Shown: one piece after another, positions 31,097 to 41,672 of the stretch
Layout of the letters: every line of letters starts with the position of its first letter
Numbering within the stretch: position 1 is the stretch's first letter
NCBI GenBank assembly: GCA_000002445.1
Contig: CH464491.1
Location: 3,584,001 to 3,648,000, forward strand
Origin: Trypanosoma brucei
Lineage: Eukaryota
DNA: 64,000 bases
Direction: 5' to 3'
Translations under genes and position numbers: made by a program
The notes under the pieces: model-generated
The model's database searches: none
What the model was told of the DNA's origin: nothing
What the model saw: only the letters and a program-made list of their open reading frames with translations

Positions 31097-32285
31097 GTGT
31101 CTCCCTCCGCTCCATGGTCGCGCGTATTTTATTCAGGGTATGTGGGTCATGCGGTAGAGGTGCCTACCGTAGTGAAAAGACGTTCGCTGTCGTTCGTTGA
31201 TACGCTTTTTCTCTGTTGTCACTTCGTGTTTTCTCAATCGCGATCGCGTTTCATGATTGGTAACATTTCTACATACCTGCCATTTTTGTTCTCAAGGGGT
31301 GAAAGCAAGGAATGCACACGCGAGCATTCTCCATCATTCATATTTCGCCTCATTGTCAATAGGGGATTACCATGTCTGATGCGCCATCCGCGGTGATGCC
31401 GTTGCGTTTAATGTGACAAAGCGGGTTGACAATTCTCTCATTCTCTGTTTCCCACTTTCGTTTTTCCACTTCGATTTTGATCATTGCTGCGCAGGGGATC
31501 TGACAATATATACCGTTGCAGTTTTGGAGATGATGAGCAGGTGCGTGAGCTGGTCCCCTTTTTGACGTTTTCCACCGTTACCGACTTCCCCTTCGTATAT
31601 CTGTGTGACACCTAGTGTGGAAGTATTTCCGATATCGTTGTAGATATTTTTTAAAGACAGTCTTGTGTACACCTACCAATTGTCTCTCTTCCCGTCCACA
31701 TGAGCTGCGCCCGTGTTCTTTTAGGCGCCGGCTCGGGGTAGTAGTACCTGTTGTGTTCTATTGTGATGCATTACCGTAATTCATCTTGCCCTTTGAGTGT
31801 TTACCAACTGCTTGCTTTCGGGCGGTGAAGTCTCTCAACGGCGTAAAAAAAAAGAAAGGAACAAGATTTTCTGTCTGTGGTAAATATTGTTTAGTTTCTG
31901 GAATTTATGGGATGTTTGGCAGCAGAATGGTTTCTTTTTCTCACTGCAGCTTATTTGAATATGCCTCATACGACCTGAGCGGTCATACACCATGTGGAAC
32001 AGAATAAAGCCCTTTGGCTAAACTTTGTGGGGTTAGGATTTTTGGTGGATGCTTATCTAATGTGGATAGGGATGATGGACGGATTGGTGGGATAGTTATA
32101 TTATTATAATACATGTATTTTTTTTTTTTTTACCGAATCGACGATGATTTAGCCCTTGACAGCCCTCTTCTCAGTGTTGTTACCTTGGTTACCGCCCACT
32201 CTGCTATCAGAAGGGCAGGTTGCGCAACAACTTTTCTTTTCTTGATGTTCCGCGGATAGGCGCTGTCATAGGCAGATACTAACCA

Positions 32286-32612
32286 ATGGATTCTGAAGTC
32301 TGCGATGACGAAACCAACAACTGGAGGGCATGTGTTGAAGACAATCTTAGTGCTCCCGATTTGGATAGAAAGTGTAGCAAATATATCGATTCATTTAACA
32401 GGTGTATTGCCTCGTGGCGCACAAAGGTTGGCTATGACGTGAAGGTAAGGGGCGAAAATGAAGGTGAGCCTCCACCGCAGTGTGCTGCGATGTCTTGTCT
32501 CATCGGTGCTTGTCTTCGGAAGAATGGGTACAGCTTTGAGCGATGTAAGCTTCCCATGCATTACTTTAAACATTGCGTGAAGAGCTTCTATGGCTCCGAA
32601 TACGTCACGTAG
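32286..32612 (+). CDS. twin Cx9C (CHCH-domain) protein, probably in the mitochondrial intermembrane space
   Basis: There are three Cx9C spacings: CSKYIDSFNRC, CAAMSCLIGAC and CKLPMHYFKHC. It is 108 aa. Confidence 0.7.
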   Translation: MDSEVCDDETNNWRACVEDNLSAPDLDRKCSKYIDSFNRCIASWRTKVGYDVKVRGENEGEPPPQCAAMSCLIGACLRKNGYSFERCKLPMHYFKHCVKSFYGSEYVT

Positions 32613-32836
32613 GCATTCCCCTGTTTCAATTTGAAGGGATATTGAGGTCGAATTTACTTCGCTACTTGGTAGTACTTTGTTTTCGAAAGATTACTTGTTT
32701 CCCTACGCCTCTTATCTTCGATCGCACGTTTCTCACGCGCGTGGTGCCCGTCCGTTTTTTCGGTGGCCGCTCTTGATAGTAATTATCTAGACGATGAAAA
32801 TACTTGCGCTTTTCTTCCTAAGAGTTTCCCAAGGGA

Positions 32837-34507
32837 ATGGATATATTTAGTGCTCTTTCCACGGGAGCCAAATTTGAGCCCAAGAAACATGGAACTGCCA
32901 TAAAGCGCTTCCGGCAGGCAAGTGGCAACAGGGAACAAACGGGGGCCCTGAATCTTGTGAGCCTTTCTCGAGGTAGCGTAGAGCTCCCAACGCCCAGCCA
33001 TACCCTCGAAATATTTGGTGTGCCAAAGAGGATGAGGTGCCAGGAAACTTCCGCCGAGGGGGACGAGGAGTCCAGAGGACGGTGTGACACAGATACTTCC
33101 AGTGCTGCAACTGGTCACAAACCTCTTAAAAACATGTCCGTGAAGAGGAGACGTAACATTTGGAGAAAGAATGAACTGGATGTCACAGGTATGGACGTAC
33201 CGCAGCCTATTGAACACTTCTCCCAACTCCTCAGGCCCCCACTTTCGCTTGATGAGTGTCTCATCTCCAATCTCTTTGAGCGGAACCACCGTATCCCGAC
33301 TCCAATACAGATGCAGACTATTCCTTGCTTGGTTCAGGGGAGGGATGTGCTAGCGTGCGCCCCCACAGGGTCCGGCAAAACAGTTGCCTTTCTTATCCCC
33401 ATGTTTGCTCGTTTGGGGAAGCCTGATAGGGATGCCGGGGTGCGTGCGTTGATAATTACCCCCACAATGGAACTGGCAGAGCAAATCGAGCGAGAGGCGT
33501 TTTTTCTCCTCAAAGGGAAAAGGTGGAAGTTGGTCCAACACGGGCAGACAACTCGAAACAAGGACATATTCATTACCACGCCTGGACGGGTGTCGACGTT
33601 ACTAGAGAGGAAGTTAGTTGATCTTAGTAACATTCAGTATCTCGTTTTTGACGAAGGAGATCGCCTGTGGGACTCTTCGACTGACAATCTCAGGGTGATG
33701 GATATTGTCCTTACGGCGTGCACTTATAAGGAGAAGGTTGTTGCTTTGTTTACAGCCACATTAAGTGAAAAAATTGAAGCAGCTGCACGATCTGTGATGG
33801 GTCCCGATCCTGTTCGGATCATCGTTTCTGGTCGTGCGAAGGCGAACAAGAATGTGAAGCAGGAACTTGTGTTCTGTGGTAATGAGCTTGGGAAGGTTGT
33901 GGCGATACGTAACATTGTGCGTGAGGGTGTGACACCACCTGTGCTTATCTTCGTTCAGAGCATCGAGCGAACAAAGGAGCTTCATGAAGAGATACAATGC
34001 CAGGGGCTTCGTATTGCCATTATGAATGCGAAGATGACACATGAGGAACGAGACGAAACTATGATGAATTTCCGGCTTGGAAAAATATGGGTACTCGTGA
34101 CTACTGAGCTTCTTTCACGGGGCATAGACTTCAAGAACGTTGGCACGGTTATAAATTTTGATATACCGACGACGGTGGAGTCCTACATCCACCGCGTTGG
34201 GAGGTGTGGAAGGGCTGGGAAGACAGGTAAGGCCATAACATTTTTTACTGAGGACGACAAACATCGTATCCCCCCTATCGCCCGTGTGATGAAAGAATCT
34301 GGGAGCCCCATCGAGGATTGGATGTTGGAAATAAAGACTCACCGTAGTGTCCGCCGCCGACTTCAGCGCACTACACCGCATCGGATGATAGTCAGTACAA
34401 GAAAGAGGATGCTCGTTGCGGATCAGCGAATGAAGCGGCAACTTCGGCGACTAGAGTACGAAAATGCACAAAAGGCTGAAGGCCAAGGCGTGGAAGAGGT
34501 GCAGTAG
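32837..34507 (+). CDS. DEAD-box (DEGD variant) ATP-dependent RNA helicase
   Basis: The Q motif and motif I are PTPIQMQ…APTGSGKT. Motif Ib is TPGR. Motif II reads VFDEGD rather than DEAD. Motif III is TATLS. Motif VI is HRVGRCGRAG. There is a K/R-rich C-terminal tail. Confidence 0.9.
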   Translation: MDIFSALSTGAKFEPKKHGTAIKRFRQASGNREQTGALNLVSLSRGSVELPTPSHTLEIFGVPKRMRCQETSAEGDEESRGRCDTDTSSAATGHKPLKNMSVKRRRNIWRKNELDVTGMDVPQPIEHFSQLLRPPLSLDECLISNLFERNHRIPTPIQMQTIPCLVQGRDVLACAPTGSGKTVAFLIPMFARLGKPDRDAGVRALIITPTMELAEQIEREAFFLLKGKRWKLVQHGQTTRNKDIFITTPGRVSTLLERKLVDLSNIQYLVFDEGDRLWDSSTDNLRVMDIVLTACTYKEKVVALFTATLSEKIEAAARSVMGPDPVRIIVSGRAKANKNVKQELVFCGNELGKVVAIRNIVREGVTPPVLIFVQSIERTKELHEEIQCQGLRIAIMNAKMTHEERDETMMNFRLGKIWVLVTTELLSRGIDFKNVGTVINFDIPTTVESYIHRVGRCGRAGKTGKAITFFTEDDKHRIPPIARVMKESGSPIEDWMLEIKTHRSVRRRLQRTTPHRMIVSTRKRMLVADQRMKRQLRRLEYENAQKAEGQGVEEVQ

Positions 34508-35437
34508 GACGAGGTTGTACGGTCTGGGAACTAACCATGTACTAATTAATAGTAAACGCAGCGCTTTCGAACAACATAACCTGTATCGGCCGCGTAGTCT
34601 CATTGCCCTTGCCTCTTTTCAACCCATTGATTAAAAAGGTCTGTGGCGGCGCCCGTGACCCCGTTGCAGTAGGATTACATCGGCAACACACTGTGTAGTA
34701 AGACATTTAATAATGTTTTAAAACAAATACGTGACGATAAATGGTGCTGAAGTGCGTTGCGTGCACCTGTTACCAAGAGGGTGAAGTGTGAGTACGTGAG
34801 GCTAGTGGGTGAGCCTAAACTCTTCCAATGTGTTGTTTTTAAAGATGAATTCATCGTCACATTTGCATTTCCTAACTTTTTTCTTTCTGGTTGAGCAAGG
34901 AGCCGAAGAAAGTGAGTTAGAAAGGAGTAGAGATGCATCTTTTTTTTTATTATTATTTTGTATTAGGATGCGGGAGTGTTCTCTCGGATGTGCGCGTGTG
35001 TGCCACAGCCGTCTCCGTTGTTGGCAACCAGGGGGAAAACCAGGGGGCCCATGCGCATTCGTCAGAAGTTCATTTCACATCCCGCGGGTAGCTGAAGGCT
35101 GTCAGGAAAAGCATGGCCAGGTACCCCCAACCCAATCGTGATTATGATGAGTGTGTGTGTGTTCACTTACCGGTGCTCTGGCATATTACGGGAGACGATT
35201 GATGTGCCCCTCACTCGGCAGGTGTTAGGGGGTGCGTTTGAAACAATCCAACAAGCCTGAGGTTCTCTTATTTCCAAAACCACGTGAGTTAAACCTACTC
35301 GGTTTGCTACCCGTTTCCATCCGATGAGCAAAGGGGCAGCGCATCAAATTTTCTTTGATTTGGTTACCATAAATAGCTGTTCTTCCGTTTTTTCTCGAAA
35401 AAAAAATGAAGCGTAACTGGTGAAGAAGGTATTAGTG

Positions 35438-36592
35438 ATGGATTTAGGGGAAGATTCGACACTGCTCGCTGTGGCCCTGGATGGTGAGGACAAATATTGG
35501 CTTTGCCAACCCGTAACCGGTAAAAGACTTGGTCCTGAATGGAAGTTTTGTACTTGTTACTGGCTTTATCTTTTGGGGGACAACGAAGACCATGGAGACA
35601 AACCATGGTATAGAGAAGACTTGGGCGATATACTTGAAATCGGCTACAACGAGACCTCAAGAATTGGAAGGTACTCGGTCATCGATGATGCAGTGAAAGC
35701 AAAGAAATTCGTTGTGGAGGAAGGTGGTGTATCTAGAACCTTCTTCTTCATTGGCAACGACGAGCGTGAGGCCCTAGACGCCAAGTTTGAAGATCTTCTC
35801 AAACGCGAGGCGGCGCTTGCATCACACAAACCAGATGACGATGGTGATAAAGTGCAATCAAGTGTGAAGGCGAGCAAAGCCACCGCGGCAGAATACCCAA
35901 CCGTTAACTCCGACTCTGGACCCGGTAATGGTAAGCAAGTGGGTAACGAGGAAGTTTTTGCATGGCGAGAGCGGTACATTGTTGAACACGGGAACCGCAT
36001 TTTTTTCGTGTGCCCTGATGTTGATGGCAATAGCAGTGGGTTCAGAGTGGAGCGAATTGTGCGCAACGGCATGACGATTTTCTTGCTCTTCCACGATGAA
36101 GCTTCCCTTCCGTGTAGGGTAAGTGAATCGCATATTGGGGAGAAAGTTATCCATACTTCCATAATGAAAAACAGTGAGGGTAAAGTACTCATCATGAGCA
36201 CCCGGAAGCCTAATGAACCTATGTCAAAGAAAAAGGAGCGTGTCGAAACTCCTCCCCCCGAACCCCCACTCAAGGTTCAGAAAAAGGAATCTGTGAAAAC
36301 CACTGCTTCACACGATACCCCACTTAAGGCGATCGGAGTGAATATGTGGGTCGATTTTAAGGGGAAGGTGGAGGGCGTAACAGGTTTGGTGAATTCATTC
36401 CCCTTTTCAGGGGAGGTTGGAAACAAGATGCGTACGAGTGTTTTTCCTGGTGGCGTTTGTGTTACTTACGATTCTTCTATCGCGGCGAAGTTCGCGTTGA
36501 AGAAAAAGGCCGTTTCTTCTCCTACGGACAACGACATGGTTGGTTTGCTGGAAAATATACAACTGGCTAAGGAGCAGTTCAGTACTATTTAA
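35438..36592 (+). CDS. hypothetical protein (385 aa from the first ATG)
   Basis: The track ORF starts on GTG at 35420, so I re-anchored to the ATG at 35438. It is a long frame in array orientation with no recognisable domain. The antisense ORF 35644..36273 is low-complexity. Confidence 0.6.
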   Translation: MDLGEDSTLLAVALDGEDKYWLCQPVTGKRLGPEWKFCTCYWLYLLGDNEDHGDKPWYREDLGDILEIGYNETSRIGRYSVIDDAVKAKKFVVEEGGVSRTFFFIGNDEREALDAKFEDLLKREAALASHKPDDDGDKVQSSVKASKATAAEYPTVNSDSGPGNGKQVGNEEVFAWRERYIVEHGNRIFFVCPDVDGNSSGFRVERIVRNGMTIFLLFHDEASLPCRVSESHIGEKVIHTSIMKNSEGKVLIMSTRKPNEPMSKKKERVETPPPEPPLKVQKKESVKTTASHDTPLKAIGVNMWVDFKGKVEGVTGLVNSFPFSGEVGNKMRTSVFPGGVCVTYDSSIAAKFALKKKAVSSPTDNDMVGLLENIQLAKEQFSTI

Positions 36593-36815
36593 TGCAGGTG
36601 AGGAAACAAATGGACGAAGCTTCTGCGGTTCATGATTGCTGGCCAGCAGGGGGCCCCACTGTGTTCGGTGCGATCCATTTTTTTTTCTGCTGATTTGTGT
36701 TTTCGTTTCTTTTTGTGGCGGGGGGAAGAAGTGAGTGGGGGAGGGCTGCGTATGTTTCTACCTTTTCTTATGTCCTCATTACCTTCTCCTGCAGCGACTA
36801 GCATCGAGGGGAAAC

Positions 36816-37757
36816 ATGTGGCGCTTTCGAGCGGTGTCGGCAATTGCTCCACGTGGTTGTTTCAGGTGCGTGTTTCAGAGCAAAGCCTTCGCTGCTGCCA
36901 GCAAAACCCTCCCTTGTACTCCAGAAGGGAAAAACCCGTATGATGTTCTTGAAGTCACTGTTACTAATTCTACGACACTGAACGACATATCGAAGCAGTT
37001 TAGAGAGCTTGTGGTCAGAAACCATCCCGACCAGCCTTGTGGGTCACACGAAAAGATGTCTGAGCTTAACGCAGCGTACAAAATTGTGAAGGAGCACCAC
37101 GAGGGCGTCCTCCGACGCTTGAAGGAGTACGAGGCTGACACTAAGGGGAATGAGGCCTTCCAGCAGCACAGGCGGTCGCGGGCTCAGGATGATAGGGATT
37201 TAGGTCGGACCGGTGGTGTATTCCGCAGGAACGCCAGGGCGGCGGAGCAAGCTTCTGCTTCTAAGAAGGCTCGTTCCTTACAGGAAATCACATCGTCGTG
37301 GAGCCGTTACAGGGAGGACACTGAGCATGCTGTTACCAGTATGTGCAATCGGTACGAGCTAGCCGTGGAAAAGGGATGCTTTTTTCGGAAGACGTCGATG
37401 CTTAACGAAATAACTGTGCGGGAAAGATGGCTACGGAAGAGTTACATCAAGGCGGTATGGGAGGAAGTTCACGAGCTACGAGGGGAATTGCTTCGTCGAG
37501 GGGCACGGAGTTCCCAGCAGTCTCAACTTGCGGAGGAGATGGTGTCCTTCGCGTCAGCAACTCAGAGGAAGTTGAATGAAGACTTTCAGCGGCTCACTCA
37601 GTTGAGTGTACAGTCACAAACCCGTCTGTTTCTTCAGAGAATATTAGTTGCGTTAGTCACGGTGGTTGTGTTTATTAAGTTGTGGCAGAGTTTGTTGTCA
37701 GGCATGTTCAGGAATTCCTTGACTGTGCGGTTTCGACAAGGGATTTTGAGCCATTAA
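36816..37757 (+). CDS. J-domain (DnaJ) protein. It has a predicted N-terminal mitochondrial presequence and a C-terminal TM anchor.
   Basis: The track ORF starts on GTG at 36735, and the first ATG is at 36816, immediately after ccttctcctgcag. The J domain is NPYDVLEV…RNHPDQ…ELNAAYKIVKE, with an HPD tripeptide. The N-terminus MWRFRAVSAIAPRGCFRCVF is Arg-rich and amphipathic. The C-terminal helix is ILVALVTVVVFIKLW. Confidence 0.8.
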   Translation: MWRFRAVSAIAPRGCFRCVFQSKAFAAASKTLPCTPEGKNPYDVLEVTVTNSTTLNDISKQFRELVVRNHPDQPCGSHEKMSELNAAYKIVKEHHEGVLRRLKEYEADTKGNEAFQQHRRSRAQDDRDLGRTGGVFRRNARAAEQASASKKARSLQEITSSWSRYREDTEHAVTSMCNRYELAVEKGCFFRKTSMLNEITVRERWLRKSYIKAVWEEVHELRGELLRRGARSSQQSQLAEEMVSFASATQRKLNEDFQRLTQLSVQSQTRLFLQRILVALVTVVVFIKLWQSLLSGMFRNSLTVRFRQGILSH

Positions 37758-38014
37758 GCGCCGCTGCTTACCGTGTGTGCTGGACAAACGGCCTCACTAT
37801 CGGATTCATGGTGATGTTTTAACCCTGCACTTCAAAAAGCCTATCAACTCTTTAGTAGTTGTCGTTGTGTATCGGACCCGATTTGGTCAGTTTGCCGCTG
37901 TTGTTGTAATACTTTTTCCGCTTCTGCCTTCGCCAGTCGATGTCCTATTTGCCTTTCCTTGCTTATTTTTCTTTTCCCCGCCATTCTAGGGTCAGGGTCA
38001 CACGGCACATTTGT

Positions 38015-40102
38015 ATGTCCTTTATCGGCCGCCGTTCGCCCATGGGAAGCTTGGACCGGGCTGCACAAACGGCCATGGCAATCGAGCTGGGCGCTTCCTT
38101 TGATCCCTTTGACGGAGTTGGAGCCAACGAAGTTGGACAGGTGCGACTGCGGTGGTGGGCGGATCATGTGGAACAGGAGCTCGACGCAAACCGTAGTCCA
38201 TTTGTCGCGGCGGAGATATTACTTAAACAGATGAATGAGTATGGAAATTCTTCTGATGAGTTGGAGGAACTTCTCCTAGCAACAATCCTTCCGGTACTCA
38301 GTCGCTGCACTTCTTACTTGGGAACCTACGGTGACGTATTTAATAAGGCTCTAAATGAGGTCATTCCCGCCATCATGTTTACGAGGACGCTAGCAACAAG
38401 TCACGGTGAGGTCCTCCAGCGGAGGTCATACGCCGAATGTTTCGCCTCTATTCTATGCAAATTTCAGTACCACGTGAAGCTGTCTTATTCTCTAAACCGA
38501 CGCGCCACGTTGGAGGACAGTGTGATGACCCGCGTCGTTCGGAGGCTTGACAACTTATGGATGAGGATGTGTTTCAGAGCGTGGAGGGCGCTGCGGAATA
38601 GCGTGGCTACGACCAAACGAAGCTTCCAGCGTTTGGCGAATAGAGGTGCTGCTTTGACTGTCGTGCCTGGACATATCCGGATGTGGCGCCGTCACGCCCA
38701 CTACGTGACACTAAAGGAGAAGTTATCCAAACACACTGCCCTAAACCAAGAGCTGGACAATTTGTATGCTGCCGAGCAGGCGGCCAAGAGTAGCCATGAA
38801 AGTATCATCCAGGAAGTTGAGGAAAAGAATAGGCTCATTAGTTTGACTACAGAGCGTTGCATGGAGGCGGAAGCCCGATTGGGTGAGCTTCAAAGTTTGA
38901 TGGAGGAGACAACTTCATCTCTGGAGGGTCATTGGAAGCAATGGAAAATAGCCATCAACTGTCTGTTTGGTGACGGCCGCGACAGCCTACCACCTGTGCA
39001 TGGAAATCTTCGCTCTGATCTTCAATCTATTGCGCAGAACATAACTGACACTGCTTTGCTTTTCCTGAAAGAGGCGAAAAAGCGCAAATGGAAGATGGAA
39101 AAAAGTACAATTGCCCAATACGTGAACCAAATGGGATTAGAGAAATGTGAAAACCAACAAACGGGACTTGATGACATTATTTCCACCCTCAGCCGTGTGT
39201 GTAAGCCAGTCATGCCGCCATTGCGCCTTCTTGACTTGATACGTGAAGATCAAGAGAAGTACGATCTAACTATTAAGTTTTTGTCGTGCGTGAACGGTGG
39301 TGGGCATTGTTCCCTTTTCATGAATGGCCACACGCTCGATGATGATGAGTTAAGTGTGGAAGGCGTACGGGACTTTGGAGTAAAGATGGTTTCACATGTC
39401 ACGGAGGGCGTAGGTAGTTTTCAGGTATGCCCTGATGCCAACGAGGATTATTTAAAGGCAATTCAAACCTGCTTAGCAGCAGATGAGCTTACCAAGGTGC
39501 ACGATTACCTGAGTAGAGTTTTCTTTGCCCTAGCGACGGGTGGTTTGCCTCTCAACAGGGAGAAAATTGAAAGGTGCATTGATAACCTTGTTGAGCCCCA
39601 TCACCGTCAGGTTGTGCATGCATTATATCCCTCGCAAGGAATAAAGAATTTTGCCGATTTAAGAAGTTACCTAACAAGGGTATCCAACTTTTGTCTATGT
39701 ACAATCACAACGTTGGTTGAATGCATTGAGAATCACTACGACGCAGATCCGAAGGAGGACCTTTTCTCTGTGCTGTTTGAGGAGGATGTTGTTACGTTCT
39801 TTGAGGAGCACGAAAAAGACATTCACAGGCTATTTGGGATGTTTAGAGACAAGAGGTTCCCTATGCTTCTGTCAAAAAGCCTCATCAAGCCGTTTTTGGT
39901 TGAGAAGTTTAATCTACTAGATAGTGAAGTTGATACTTTATTCCAACTCGGTGCCACTCCGGAGAAAATTACGAGGGATGAGTTCAAGAATTTCTTGACT
40001 GTACTTGCCGCGTTTTACACACCTTCTCCTTTTGTCCCACCGGTGAAGAAACTAGCAAGTGTGATAATGCAGTGCTCAGTTTCCTCAAAAGACGAGGCGT
40101 AG
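38015..40102 (+). CDS. hypothetical protein (~695 aa) with a central coiled-coil segment
   Basis: The track ORF begins at ATG 37940, but codons 1-25 lie inside a polypyrimidine tract ending in tctag/ggtcag. That is likely 5'UTR and splice acceptor, so the next in-frame ATG at 38015 is the more probable start. I recognise no domain. The coiled-coil stretch is LNQELDNLYAAEQAAKSSHESIIQEVEEKNRLISL. Confidence 0.65.
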   Translation: MSFIGRRSPMGSLDRAAQTAMAIELGASFDPFDGVGANEVGQVRLRWWADHVEQELDANRSPFVAAEILLKQMNEYGNSSDELEELLLATILPVLSRCTSYLGTYGDVFNKALNEVIPAIMFTRTLATSHGEVLQRRSYAECFASILCKFQYHVKLSYSLNRRATLEDSVMTRVVRRLDNLWMRMCFRAWRALRNSVATTKRSFQRLANRGAALTVVPGHIRMWRRHAHYVTLKEKLSKHTALNQELDNLYAAEQAAKSSHESIIQEVEEKNRLISLTTERCMEAEARLGELQSLMEETTSSLEGHWKQWKIAINCLFGDGRDSLPPVHGNLRSDLQSIAQNITDTALLFLKEAKKRKWKMEKSTIAQYVNQMGLEKCENQQTGLDDIISTLSRVCKPVMPPLRLLDLIREDQEKYDLTIKFLSCVNGGGHCSLFMNGHTLDDDELSVEGVRDFGVKMVSHVTEGVGSFQVCPDANEDYLKAIQTCLAADELTKVHDYLSRVFFALATGGLPLNREKIERCIDNLVEPHHRQVVHALYPSQGIKNFADLRSYLTRVSNFCLCTITTLVECIENHYDADPKEDLFSVLFEEDVVTFFEEHEKDIHRLFGMFRDKRFPMLLSKSLIKPFLVEKFNLLDSEVDTLFQLGATPEKITRDEFKNFLTVLAAFYTPSPFVPPVKKLASVIMQCSVSSKDEA

Positions 40103-40371
40103 CTTTTGTGTGCGATGTACTGTAGATATGAGCAAAAAACATATATATGCTTTGTGTAACTATTCATTTGTATGCACATATTGTGCCTGTTCACTTTAAG
40201 GAGCTTACTACTAGAAATACGTTCTGATTAACAAAACATTCTTTGGGATTAATTTCTCCCCTCCACTTCCCTTCCCCTCCCTTTTGTTTTTGTTTTTGCT
40301 TTTGGATTTATTTTTAGCCTTCCTGGCTAGTGAGAAAGCTGTGGGTGAGGGAGAGTGGTATGTGAAGCCAA

Positions 40372-41343
40372 ATGTACTCATGTAAGACGGCCCACACCAC
40401 ATTTGTGCACCACATGGCGGTCAACTCATCGGGCACGTTGCTTGCATCAGGTTCCAGCGACAAGGGAGTAAACGTATTTTATCGTCCTCCATCCGAAGTG
40501 GTAACAGGATCGTGGTCCCTTTGCTGTGTGTTGAAAGACCACGTTGCTACAGTCACCCGCGTCGCTTGGTGCCAGCATCGAGAGCACGGATCTATGCTTG
40601 CAACTGTTGGTGCCGATCGTTGGATATATGTCTACAAGATAAACGTCACAACTCAAGATGGAAAGGTAGTGGGTAATGCTGTGCGGTACTCACCAGTGCG
40701 GGGGTATGAAAAAGACGTTATTACGGATGTGGCGTTTGTCCCGCCTCGGCAGCACCAGGTGCTTCTTCTCTCCACCGCCTCTCTGGATGGCTGGGTGCGG
40801 CTGTACGACATACAGCCGCTGCAATTTCTTTGTAAGTACACGGTGACACAAGAGTCGGACATTTGTAGGCCTTTGGGAACCCGCAGTGGTGGCATCACAT
40901 CCACTGCATGGTTCCCCAGCTCAGTTGATGAAACGATGACTCTGGCGGTTGGTTGCATGAACGGGTGTTTTTACCTTTACAAGTTTTGTAAGGAAAGAAA
41001 CCAATTTAAGCGGGTGTATAACGCTCTTCCGCAACGCATAGAATCAACGATCCATCACATAGTTTGGGCTCCGCCCGTGGGAAGGTGCTTTCAGTTACTC
41101 TCTCTGTGCTGTCGCAGTTCGGTGTATATTGTTAGGTTGAACTGTGTGTCACCAAGTGTTGAGGATTACCAGTGCGAAGTGTTTGTTTGGCCACACGGGG
41201 CAGTCTGTACGGCGTGGAGCCATTCTGCGACGCTGTTGTATTTGATTGATGACGATAACCCGCCAAGGGTGACCGTTCTTCAAGCGAGGGACCTCACTGA
41301 TCACCAGTCGTGGGAAAAGTTGCTAAGTAAGCCAACCGAATAA
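40372..41343 (+). CDS. WD40 repeat protein. It has Sec13/Seh1-like architecture, and this assignment is tentative.
   Basis: HTTFVHHMAVNSSGTLLASGSSDKGVNVF and HVATVTRVAWCQHREHGSMLATVGADRWIYVYK resemble the first two blades of Sec13/Seh1. The 323-aa length fits a single six- or seven-blade propeller. Confidence 0.7.
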   Translation: MYSCKTAHTTFVHHMAVNSSGTLLASGSSDKGVNVFYRPPSEVVTGSWSLCCVLKDHVATVTRVAWCQHREHGSMLATVGADRWIYVYKINVTTQDGKVVGNAVRYSPVRGYEKDVITDVAFVPPRQHQVLLLSTASLDGWVRLYDIQPLQFLCKYTVTQESDICRPLGTRSGGITSTAWFPSSVDETMTLAVGCMNGCFYLYKFCKERNQFKRVYNALPQRIESTIHHIVWAPPVGRCFQLLSLCCRSSVYIVRLNCVSPSVEDYQCEVFVWPHGAVCTAWSHSATLLYLIDDDNPPRVTVLQARDLTDHQSWEKLLSKPTE

Positions 41344-41672
41344 ATGAGGTCAGTAGAGGGGGGAGGAGATTCCGCGTACATACATAGGCGTGAGCCCCCC
41401 CTTTTTGTAGGCTACATATTGTAGGGACTTGAAAAGTTTTACTCCCTGAACTTTGTAGTTGACGGCAGTTGGCCCCGATGCGTCCAGTCGCGGTAAGGAC
41501 GGTGTGTCAATCATCTTTTTTGGTTGGTCCACTGCTCGTCCTGGGGTTGGAACCCGATATTCCCCTCGTTTGACCCCCAATCTTCTATGCCTCTTTCTCT
41601 CTTGGTTTCACTTCTGTGTCATCGCTTACTGTAGGAACCACTTCCTTCCTTCTTTGAAGCATCTAACACAAA

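Noticed and set aside
32783-33289. 168-aa minus-strand ORF overlapping the 5' end of the DEAD-box helicase.
   Set aside because: Antisense to a well-supported gene. No recognisable features.
35644-36273. 209-aa minus-strand ORF inside the 35438..36592 gene.
   Set aside because: S/T/P-rich low-complexity shadow frame on the wrong strand for the array.
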